Assembly: GCA_030390025.1 (NCBI GenBank)
Contig: JASTWF010000033.1
Span: 2,048,001 to 2,112,000, forward strand
Direction of reading: 5' to 3'
Length of the DNA stretch: 64,000 bases
Source: Squalus acanthias
Taxonomy: Eukaryota
Below, in pieces: positions 10,700 to 21,575 of this stretch. Numbering within the stretch: the first letter of the stretch is position 1; every line of letters starts with the position of its first letter. Under the pieces are notes generated by a model. It was not told where the DNA came from. It saw only the letters and a program-made list of their open reading frames with translations, and ran no database searches. Made by a program: the position numbers and the translations under genes.

Positions 10700-11434
10700 G
10701 ACATTCCAAAGTGGGTGCAGGAACAGAGGGACCTGGGGGTACATGTACAAAAATCATTGAAGGTGGCAGGGCAGGTTGAGAAAGCGGTTAAAAATGCTTA
10801 CGGGAATCTGAGCTTTATAAATAGAGGCATAGAGTACAAAAGCAAAGAAGTTATGATGAACATTTATGAAACATTGGTTCGGCCACAACTGGAGTATTGT
10901 GTCCAATTCTGGGCACCGCACTTTAGGAAGGGGCATGAAGGCTTTAGAGAGGGTGCAGAAAAGATTCACAAGAATGTTTCCAGGGATGAGGGACTTCAGT
11001 TATGTAGATATACTGGAGAAGCTGGGGTTGTTCTCAGTAGAGCAGAGAAGATTGAGAGGAGATTTGATAGAATGGATCAAAATCATGAGGGTTCTAGACA
11101 GAGTAGATAGAGAGAAGCTGTTCCCATTGGTAGAACGGTCAAGAACCAGAGGGCACAGGTTTTAGGTGATGTGCTGAAGATCCAAAGGTGACATGAGAAA
11201 CAACTTTTTAAGGCAGCGTTGGGTTATGATCTGTAATGCACAGCCTGAAAGGGTGGTGCAGGCAGATTCAATCGTGGCTTTCAAAAGGAAATGGGGTAAG
11301 TACCTGAAGGAAAATAATTGCAGGGCTACGGTGAAAGGGCAGGGATTGGGATTAGCTGCACTGCATGTGCAGAGAGTGAGCACGGGCTCGACAGGCCGAA
11401 TGGCCTCCTTCTGTGCTGTAACCATTTTATGATT
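10700..11434 (+). mobile_element. 5'-truncated CR1 LINE (RT C-terminus and 3' tail)
   Basis: QRDLGVHV, LVRPQLEYCVQFWAP, RRLRGDLIE, RTRGH; tail GGCCGAATGGCCTCCTTCTGTGCTGTAA. Confidence 0.9.
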
Positions 11435-11629
11435 TCCTTTTGGAAAACCTGCTGACTACTCGTTATTATATTTTGTGTTTCTAGATGTTTTTCTGTTACA
11501 TCTTTGAGTAAGGATTCCATTAACTTTCCTACCATCGACGTTATGCTAACTGGTCTGTAGATCCATGGAATTGTTCTATCTTCCATTTTAAATACAGGAA
11601 TAACATTTTAATGCTGAACCACAGTGATC

Positions 11630-13015
11630 TTCCATTCCCTTCCTCGACTTCTCGATCTTCATTTCAGGTTCTAGGCCATCCACCAATATCTACTATAATC
11701 CCACCAACTCCCACAGTCATCTTGAGTAGACTTCCTCCCACCCGGCTTCCTGGAAGGGCTATATTCTATTCTCAAAGTTTCTCCGCCACCGTTGCATATG
11801 TTCTGACGATGCCACCTTTCACACCAGTGCTTCCGAAATGTCTTCATATTTCCTCAGCCGAGTATTCACCTCCATTGTGAATGACAGGGCCCTCGACCGT
11901 GTCAATCTGCATTCCTCCCATCACCCCTTGTCCTCATCTTCCACTGCACCAGCCTTCACCTTCAACGGATCATCCTCTGCCATTTCCATCATGTCCAGCT
12001 AAGGCCAACAACAAACATATCTTCCCCTGCACTCCCATCCTCCCGGCCCTCGCAACACCCTGGTCCACTCTTCCATCACCACTAACATCTGTTCCCCTTC
12101 CCCGGCACCTTCCTATGCAAGCGCAGGAGATACAACAGCTGCCCTTTCCCATCTTTCCATCCCACCAGCCAAGGCCCCAAACATTCCATCCACGTGAAAG
12201 ACTAATTTACTTGTACTTCCACCTATTTAGTAAATCATACTCGCTGCCCACGATCCAGTCTCCTGTACATTGGGTGGACTAAGCACAGATTGGGTGATTG
12301 CTTTGCTGAACGCCTCCGTTCAGTCCACAAGTGTAATCCAGAGCTTCAGGTCACTTCTCACTTTAATTCTACATCCCACTCCCACTCTGAACTCTCTGTT
12401 CTCGGCCTCATGCACTGTTCCCATTTTAAACTCAATGAGGAGCAGCACCTTATTTTTCGATTCGGCATTTTATTGCCTGCCGGATTCAACACTAAGTTTA
12501 AAAACTTCAGATCATAACCTCCGCTCCCGTTTTCTCGGACGACATGTGCTGGTAATGGAGGATGGCTCCACCAGAGCCACTGGGAGTGGAGGAGGTTTGG
12601 GCTGGGGCTTGGGGTGGCGATCCCGGTACACGGTCAGCGGGCTGGCCCAAACACCTGGGGTCTACCCAACTTTCTCTGCCACATGTGCCCTACTTCCCCT
12701 CCCCCTTGTTATTCTGCTGTAACCATTTACACCTCCTCTAGACCCATCTTCTGTTTCTTTAATTGTCCCATTCGCCTTGCACCATCATCCCTTTAGTCAT
12801 TGAATCACTCCTGCCCTCCAACCAATCACAGAGATTCCTATTTTTTCTATCCTTATGCTAAAGCACTTTTCTGCGACTCTATCATTGCTTTAATACTGAT
12901 AATATCTAGAATCGTCCAGTTCTGATGAAAGGTCATGGACCTGAAATGTTAACTCTGTTTCTCTCTGCACAGATGCTACCTGACCCGCTGAGTGTTTTCA
13001 GCATTGTCTTTTTTA
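11630..13015 (+). mobile_element. Degenerate Penelope-like element 3' part (RT thumb, GIY-YIG remnant, tail)
   Basis: Homologous to the reverse complement of 38517-39500 (GDCFAERLRSV..EEQHLIFRFG..P.GFN). The tail has a hammerhead-like core at 12922-12955. Confidence 0.8.
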
Positions 13016-13017
13016 AT

Positions 13018-15039
13018 AAATTAAAGCCAGTATTAAGTAAAAGGAGGAAGCTTATAAAGTTGCCAGAAAACACAGTCAGCCTGAGGATTGGGATCTTTTA
13101 GAAATCAGCAAAGGGGGACCAAGAAATGGATAAAGAAAGGGAAAATGGAATATGAGCACAAATTAGCGAAAAATATAAAAACGGATTGTAAAAGCTTCTA
13201 TAGGTATGTGAAAAGGAAAAGACTGGTGAAGGTAAATGTAGGTCCTTTACACTCAGAGATAGGATCATTTATAATGGGGAATGAGGAAATGTCCGAGAAA
13301 TTAAATAAATACTTTGTTTCTGTCTTCACGGAGGATGACACAAAAAACCTCCCAGAAATACAAGAAAACCAATGGTGTGGCGAGAATGAAGAACATAATG
13401 AAATTATTATTAGTAAAAAAAACAGTACTAGGAAAATTAATGGGACTAAAAGTTAATAAATCCCAAGGAACGGATGACCTACATCCTACGGTTTTGAAAG
13501 AGGTGGCCATTGGGATAGTGGACGCATTGGTTGTCATCTTCCAAAATTCTATAGATTCTGGAATGGTTCCTGCAGATTGGAGGATAGAAAATATAACACC
13601 GCTTTTTAAGAAAGGAGGGAGAGAGAAAAGGGGAACTACAGACCTGCTAGTCTCACATCAGTCGTTGGGAAAATGCTGGAATCTATTATAAAGGATGCAA
13701 TAACTGGGCACTTCGAAACTAATAGTAAGATTGGGCAGAGTCAACATGGATTTATGAAAGGGAAGGCCTGTTTGACAAATCTATTGGAGTTCTTTGAGGA
13801 TGTAACTAGTGAAGTAGACAAAGGGGAACCGGTAGATGTGGTGCATTTGGATTTTCAGAAGGCCTTCGATAAGGTCCCATACAAGAGGTTGGTGATAAAA
13901 ATTAGGGCACTTGGAATTGGGGGTAATATACTAGCATGGATTGAGAATTGGTTAACAGACAGGAAACAGAGTAGGGATAAATTAGTCTTTTTCACGATGG
14001 CAGGCTGTGACTAGTGAGGTACCGCAAGGATCGGTGCTTGGGCCCCAGCTATTCACAATTTATATCAATAATTTGGATGATGTGACTAAATGTAACATTT
14101 CCAAATTTGCTGATGACACAAAGCTAGGTGGCAGTGTCAGTTGCGAAGAGGATCTGAAGAGGCTTCAAGGGGATGTCGACAAGCTCAGTGAGTGGGCGAG
14201 AACATAGCAGATGGATTATAATGAGGATAAATGTGAAGTTATCTACTTTGGTCGAAAAAACGGAAAGGCAGAGTATTTCCTAAATGGTGAAAGATTGGGG
14301 AATGCATATGCTCAAAGGTACCTGTGTGTTCTTGTACATGAGTCACTGAAAGTGAATGTGCAGGTGCAGCAAGCCATTAGGAAGGCAAATGGTATGCTGG
14401 CCTTCATTACAAGAGGATACTTGCATACAGGAGTAAAGAAGTCTTCCTCCAATTCTATAGGGCCTTGGTGAGACCACACCTGGAGTAATGTGTACAATTG
14501 CGGTCTCCTTACATAAGGAAGGATATACTTGCCATAGAGGGAGTGCAACGAAGGTTCACGAGATTTATTCCTGGGATGACGGATTTGTCGTATGAGAAGA
14601 GATTGAGTAAACTAGGCCTGTATTCTCTTGAATTCAGAAGAATGAGAGGGGTTCTCATTGAAGCATACAAAATTATTACAGGGCTTGATAGGGTGGGTGC
14701 TGGGAGAATGTTTCCCTTGGCTGGGGAGTCCAGAACCAGGGGCCACTGCCTTTGGATAAAGGGTAGGCCATTCAGGACAAGGATAAGAAGAAATTTCTTC
14801 ACACAGAGGGTGGTAAATCTTTCGAATTCTCTACCCCAGAGGGCTGTGGATGCTCAGTCATTGGGTATATTCAAAACAGGTCGATAGATTCCTGACTAGT
14901 AAGGGCATCAAGGGATATGGCATTAAGGCCGGTGAATGGAATTGAGGCAGAAGATCAGCCATGATCTCATTGAATGGTGGAGCAGTCTCGAAGGGCCAAA
15001 TGGCCTACTCCTGCTCCTATTTCTTATGTTCTTATGTTC
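13018..15039 (+). mobile_element. CR1 LINE ORF2 fragment with 3' tail, frameshifted
   Basis: QHGFMKGKACLTNLLEFFE, DFQKAFDKVP, VPQGSVLGP, KFADDTKL, LYSLEFRRMRG; tail ends TTCTTATGTTCTTATGTTC. Confidence 0.95.
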
Positions 15040-15381
15040 ATATCAGAATTAAAGCAGTCTCCGTATTTTGCATCTGCTCATATACTTCCGCCTGGATATT
15101 AAGAGAGGCGGGTTATGTACGATGGCCGGAGGGTACGGTGTGGATGAGGAATATCAGACAGGATACCAGGAAGTCCAGCTATTCCCGGACGTTGGGGTGT
15201 CTTAACTCCACAGCATACGTACTTTCTCCTTGACTGTTTCCCCACCCCGGAAGTCAGCCTGATTAACAGTCGGGCTTCCAGTCGGACGGGGTGGGGGGAC
15301 TCCGGAGCAGGACCAGGTAGGTCGGATGGATGAAACTGGGTTGGATGGGGCGTCTGATCCCGCGATGTGTCCGATCATGGA

Positions 15382-15886
15382 CCAGGGGATTTGACCTGTC
15401 CCGGGGGGTGTGACCGATCCCCGGGGGTTTGAATGGTTCCAGGACTTTGACTGGTCCCGGGGGATTGACCGGTCCCGGGAGTTTGACCGGTCCCGGGGTT
15501 TGACCAGTCCCGGGAGTTTCACCAGTCCCGGGGGATTGACCGGTCCCGGGAGTTTGACCGGTCCCGGGGTTTTGACCAGTCCAGGGGTTTGAATGGCCCC
15601 GGAAGTTTGACCAGTCCTGGGGGTGTGACCTGTCCCGGGGGTTTGACCGGTCCAGGGGCTTTGACTGGTCCCAGGGGGTTGTCCGGTTCCGGGGCTTTCA
15701 ACGGTCCTGGGGTGTGTGGCCGCACCCGGGGGTTTGACCGGTCCCGGGGGGTTTGACAGGTCCCGGGGGTTTGACCGGTCCTGGGGGGTTGACCGGTCCC
15801 AGGGGTTTGACTGCTCCCAGGGGATTTGACCAGTCCCGGGGGTTTGACCGGTCCCGGGGGTTTGACCGGTCTCGGGGGCGTGACCA
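15382..15886. repeat. ~19-21 bp GC-rich minisatellite (GGGGTTTGACCGGTCCCGG)
   Basis: Directly visible tandem units containing the palindrome GACCGGTC; explains the low-complexity PG-rich ORFs. Confidence 0.9.
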
Positions 15887-15916
15887 ATCCCCAGTCTTGG
15901 AGATGTCCGATCCGGA

Positions 15917-17133
15917 CACAGAAACATAGAAACATAGAAGATAGGAGCAGGAGTAGGCCATTCGGCCCCTCGAGCCTGCTCCGCCATTCGATGAGATCAT
16001 GGCTGATGATCCAAACTCAGTACCCTGTACCTGCCTTCTCCCCATATCCCTTGATACCTTTAGCTTTAAGAAATATATCTATCTCCTTCTTGAATATATT
16101 TAATGACTTGGCCTGAACTACCTTCTGTGGTAAAGAATTCCACAGGTTCACCCCTCTCTGGGTGAAGAAATTCTTCCTCATTTCTGTCCTAAATGGCTTA
16201 CCCCTTATCCTTAGATTATGACCCCTGGTTCTTGACTCTCCGACCATCGGGAACATTCTTCCTGCATCTAGTTTGACCAGACCTGTCAGAATTTTATATG
16301 TTTCGATGAGATCCCCTCTCATTCTTCTATACTCCAGCGAGTACAAGCCCAATCGACCCAATCTCTCCTCATATGTCATTCCTGCCATCCAAGATATCAG
16401 CCTTGTGAATCTTCGCTGAACTCCTTCCATGGCAAGAACATCCTTCCTCAGATAAGGCGACCAAACTGCACACAGTACTCAAGGTGTTGTCTCACCAAGG
16501 CCCTGTACAACTGCAGCAGGACATCCCTGTTCCTATACTCAAAACCTTTCGCTATGAAGGCCAACATACCATCTGCCTTCTTCACCGCCTGCTGCACCTG
16601 CATGCTTACTTTCAGCGACTGGTGCACAAGGACACCCAGGCCTCGTTGCACTTCCCCTTCTCCCAATCTATTGCAATTCAGATAATAGTCTGCCTTTCTG
16701 TTTTTGACACCAAAGTGGATAACCTCGCATTTAACCATGTTATATTGCATCTGCCACACTTCTGCCCACTCACCCAACCTGTCCAAATCATCCTGGAGTT
16801 TCTCGGTATCCTCCTCGGAGCACACACGCCCATCCAGCTTTGTGTCATCTGCAAACTTGGAGATATTACATTTAGTTCCCTTATCCAGATCATTAATGTA
16901 TATTGTGAATAGCTGGGATCCAAGGACCGATCCCTGCGGCACCCCAGTAGTCACTGCCTGCCACTCGGAAAAAGACCCATTAATTCCTACTCTCTGCTTT
17001 CTGTCCCCCAACCAGTTCTCTATCCAAGTCAATACCTTGCCCCCAATCCCATGTGCCTTAGCTTTACACGCTAATGTCTTATGCCGGACCTTATCGAAAG
17101 CCATTTGAAATTCCAAATACACCACATCCACTT
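15917..17133 (-). mobile_element. 5'-truncated CR1 LINE
   Basis: AFDKV, VPQGSVLG, KFADDTKL, LEYCVQF, RTRGH on the minus strand; (TTCTATGT)n tail at 15917. Confidence 0.95.
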
Positions 17134-17189
17134 GACCCCAGGTTTCTATCCATGGGGGGTTTCGGGCGATGGATAGAGTTTGGGGGGTG

Positions 17190-17459
17190 GGGGGCGAAAT
17201 CATTCCCGAGGCACAGGAAGCCCGGCCAGCCGTAGTTAAACCTGTAAAACAGAGTAAATCAGAGCCTGCCCGCCTCATTAAAATATTTAACTTGCCAACC
17301 CGCCTCCTGGGAGCGGTTCGCTGCCCGCTCTCTGTCCCGTCTCCGTTAAACTCGGAAGCGGGCGGGTTGGAGGCGGGTTGGGGTCGGGTGGATATTGTTC
17401 AATTTTCACCTATTACCTGACCCCAATCCGCCGGTTTTTGGGGTGTTAAAATCCAGCCC
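17190..17459. mobile_element. Possible end of a non-autonomous DNA transposon (Harbinger/PIF-like)
   Basis: GC-rich segment with internal inverted GGCGGGTT/AACCCGCC motifs, ending AAAATCCAGCCC followed by TTA. A degenerate counterpart CCTGGATATTAA lies near 15091. The family call is inference. Confidence 0.4.
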
Positions 17460-17533
17460 TTACTGTCTGGGCTCAGACACGGAGAATGTGTGATCAGTAA
17501 TTTCCAGTCTCTTTTCCCTTCTGTGTTTTACAG

Positions 17534-18519
17534 TGAATTTGCTGGCGATTGTGATCCTGTCCCGGGGAAAGTGCGGGCTCTCCACCTGCACCACTCGCTA
17601 CCTGGTGGGCATGGCAGCGGCGGATCTCCTGACCATTGTCACTGAGATCATACTGAGGATGCTCAGTTATTATTATTTCCCAGTGTCTTTCCTGTCCATC
17701 ACCCCTGTGTGTAGTCTTCTCACTGTCCTGGCCCGTGCAGCCACACACTGTTCTGTCTGGTTCACCGTCACTTTCACCTTTGATCGATTTGTGGCCATTT
17801 GTTGCCAGAAGCTGAAAACTAAATATTGCACCCAGAAAACAGCAGCTGTGGTTCTGGGAACAACCGGCATTCTGCTCTGTTTAAAAAACGTTCCCTTCTA
17901 CTTTACATTTCAACCCGGGTTCATAATCGACAATGTGCCGTGGTTCTGTGACACAATCCCAAACTATTATACTGAGCCCGGGTGGGTGGGATTTGACTGG
18001 TTTAACACGGTTTTAACCCCATTGCTCCCATTCGCTTTAATTCTGTTGCTCAACGCTCTGACAGTCAGACACATTTTAGTGGCCAGTCGGGTCCGTAAGG
18101 GACTGAGGGGTGAGAGCAAGGGAGAGAATGGCAGAGACCCAGAGATGGAGAGCAGAAGGAAGTCTGTGATTTTACTCTTCACCATATCCGGCAGCTTTAT
18201 ACTGCTGTGGCTGGTGAATGTTATAGAATTCTTATATTATACCATTACAGGAACAAATCCCGTTCTTTACACTGGTTCTTTATATATTTTTGGACGAGTC
18301 GGAATTATGCTGCGGGATTTAAGTTGCTGCACAAACACATTTATTTATGGGGTGACCCAGTCCAAGTTCAGGGAGCAGGTGAAGAGGGCGGTGAAATATC
18401 CGCTTACCTCAATTATTCAATTCATTAATAATCAGAAACAAGTGAGCACAGCCGAGAGGCGGCTCCCAGTGTTTCCAGCCCAGGAATGTAATATTCAGCC
18501 CCAGACCGCCACCCACTGA
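17534..18519 (+). CDS. GPR139/GPR142-like class A GPCR, main coding exon (TM1 end to TM7); short first exon not found in window
   Basis: Pyrimidine tract plus CAG acceptor at 17532-17533, then NLLAIVILSRGKCGLS, MAAADLL, SVWFTVTFTFDRFVAICC, LTPLLPFALILLLN, SCCTNTFIYGVTQSKFR. The frame is intact to TGA 18517-18519. Confidence 0.88.
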
Positions 18520-18987
18520 ATCACACCAGCAATCGCTGGAGATCTGAAGATACAGCCAGCGGCGGGGCGAGCACTGTGTTTAGGACTCGGCACTGTTTCT
18601 GCCTGACATTTCCCACATTGTCTTTCGGGACAGGACCAATAGTTTGCTGCTTTCACTCTGAGCTCTTCTGTAAAGTGTCCCTTCAGCGATTGAGGGCAGC
18701 AATTCATTCGCTGCTTCCAGAGTAAGAGCCTGGTCAATAGGTAGGCAGACAGAGCGGAGCTGAACTGCAGTTGAGAGGATTATATTACATGGAATATACA
18801 GCACACAAACAGGCCATTCGGCAGTCAGTCTGTGCTGGTGTTTATCCTCCATATCAGTCTCCTCTCATTGCATCTACCTCATCTCAGTCTCTCCGAATAT
18901 CTTTCTATTCCCCTTTCTTGCATTTACTGGTTTAGTTTCATTCTGAAATAATCTAAACTATTTTCCTCAAGCACTTCCTGTGGTAGT

Positions 18988-20477
18988 AACATAGAAGATA
19001 GGAGCAGGAGTAGGCCATTCGGCCTCTCGAGCCTGCTCCGCCATTCGATGAGATCATGGCTGATCATCCAAACTCAGTACCCTGTACCTGCCTTCTCCCC
19101 ATATCCCTTGATACCTTTAGCTTTAAGAAATATATTTAACTCATTCTTTAATATATTTAATGACTTGGCCTCAACTATCTTCTGTGGTAGAGAATTCCAC
19201 AGGTTCACCACTCTCTGGGTGAAGAAATTTCTCCTCATTTCTGTCCTAAATGGCTTACCCGTTATCCGTAGATTATGACCCCTGGTTCTGGACTCTCCGA
19301 CCATCGGGAACATTCTTCCTGCATCTAGTTTGTCCAGACCTGTCAGAATTTTATATGTTTCGATGAGATCCCCTCTCATTCTTCTATACTCCAGCGAGTA
19401 TAAGCCCAATCGACCCAATATCTCGTCATATGTGATTCCTGCCATCCCAGGTATCAGCCTTGTGAATCTTCGCTAAACTCCTTCCATGGCAAGCACATCC
19501 TTCCTCAGATAAGGCGACCAAAACTGCACACAGTACTCAAGGTGTGGTCTCACCAAGGCCCTGTACAACTGCAGCAGGACATCCCTGTTCCTATACTCAA
19601 ACCCTTTCGCTATGAAGGCCAACATACCATTTGCCTTCTTCACCGCCTGCTGCACCTGCATGCTTACTTTCAGCGACTGGTGCACAAGGACACCCAGGTC
19701 TCGTTGCACTTCCCCTTCTCCCAATCTATTGCCATTCAGATAATAGTCTGCCTTTCTGTTTTTGACACCAAAGTGGATAACCTCGCACTTATCCACGTTA
19801 TATTGCATCTGCCACGCTTCTGCCCACTCACCCAACCTGTCCAAATCATCCTGGAGTTTCTCGGTATCCTCCTCGCAGCACACACTCCCACCCAGCTTTG
19901 TGTCATCTGCAAACTTGGACATATTACATTTACTTCCCTTATCGAGACCATTAATGTATATTATGAATAGCTGGGGTCCAAGGACCGATCCCTACGGTAC
20001 CCCACTAGTCACTGCTTGCCACTCAGAAAAAGACCCATTTATTCCTACTCTCTGCTTTCTGTCCGCCAACCAGTTCTCGATCCAAGTCAATACCTTGCCC
20101 CCAATCCCATGTGCCTTAACTTTACACGCTAATCTCTTATGCGGGATCTTATCAAAAGCCTTTTGAAATTCCAAATACACCACCTCTACTGGTTCTCCCC
20201 TATCTATTTTCCCAGTTACATCCTCAAAAAATTCCAGTAGATTAGTCAAGCACGATTTACCTTTTGTAAATCCATGTTGAAATTGTCCGATCCTGTCACT
20301 GTTTTTCAAGTGCTCAGCTATTACATCCTTTATAATGGACTGTAGCATTTTCCCTAATGCCGATGTCAGGCTTACCGGTCTGTAATTCCCCGCTTTCTCT
20401 CTACCACCCTTTTTGAATATTGGGGTAACATTAGCTACCCTCCAATCCATGGGTACAGTTGCAGATTCCATCGAATG
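18988..20477 (-). mobile_element. 5'-truncated CR1 LINE, very similar to the 15917-17133 copy, nested in an older CR1 fragment (18780-20760)
   Basis: [56 protein letters not shown] occurs at both junctions (possible short TSD). Confidence 0.95.
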
Positions 20478-20769
20478 TAGTGAGGTCTACATTCTAGCCA
20501 CTCTGAGTACAGAAATTGCTCCTTATTTCCCAATTGAATTTATTAGTAAATATCTTGTATTTATGACCCCAAGTGTTGCATTCTCCCACAAGTGTGAACA
20601 TTATCTCCACATCTACCCTGTCCAACCAATTCATAATTTTCAAGATCTCTATCAGGCCTCAGCAAAGTCCTCTCTCTTCTACAGCAGAAAGGCCCAACCT
20701 GTTCAATCTTTCCCGATAGCTGCAATCTTTCAGTTCTGGTGCCATCCACCTAATTATTTGTAAGAACGA

Positions 20770-21575
20770 AGCTATAGGCCCACTTCACAAACTCCGTTAC
20801 CTAAACACCGACTCCATCCCTCTCCTTAGCACCAGTTTGCTGTTTGCAACCTTGGTGTCGTACTTGACCACGGGATGATCTTCCGACCGGATATTCACTC
20901 CATCACCAGGACGGCTTACTTCCACCTCGGTAACATCGCCGAAATTCGCCCCTGCCTCAGCTCATCTGCTGCTCAAACCATCATCCATGCCTTTGCTAGC
21001 TCTAGACTTGATAACACCAACTCTCTCCTGGCTGGCTTACCAAAACCCACCCTCCATAACTTGAGCTCATCCAAAGCTGTGCTGCCCCTAACCTAACCCA
21101 CATCAAATCCCAGTAAACCACCACCCCTGTGCTCGCTGACCTACAGTGACTCCCGTTCCGGCAATGCCTCCATTTTAAAATGATCATCCTTGCTTTGAAA
21201 TCCTTCCATGACCTCGCCCTCCCTACCTCTGCAAGCTCCACCAGCCCCTCAACACTCCCGAGATCTCTGTGTTCCTCTAATTCTGGCCTCTTTCACATCC
21301 CCGATTGAAACCGCTCCACCATTGGCGGCTGTGCTTTCAGCTGCCTGGGCCCTAAGCTCAGGAATCTCCTCCCTAAACCTCTCTGCTTCTCTAAATCTCC
21401 CTCCTCCTTTAAGATGCTGCTTAAAACTTACCTCTTTGACTAAGCTTTTGGTCATCTTTCCAGATATCTCATTATGTGGCTCAGGGTCAGGTGTTGTTCA
21501 ATATCGCTCCCGTGAATCGCTTGGGTCATTTTACTATGTTAAAGGCGCTATATAAATACAAGTTGTTGTTGTTGT
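20770..21575 (+). mobile_element. L2-clade LINE 3' end
   Basis: NLGV..TAYFHLGNIA..IIHAFASSRLD..SLLAGLP; tail AAAGGCGCTATATAAATACAAGTTGTTGTTGTTG. Confidence 0.85.

Noticed and set aside
15202..16045. PG-rich ORFs (261, 138, 115 aa)
   Set aside because: Read-through of a CR1 tail into the ~20-bp minisatellite.
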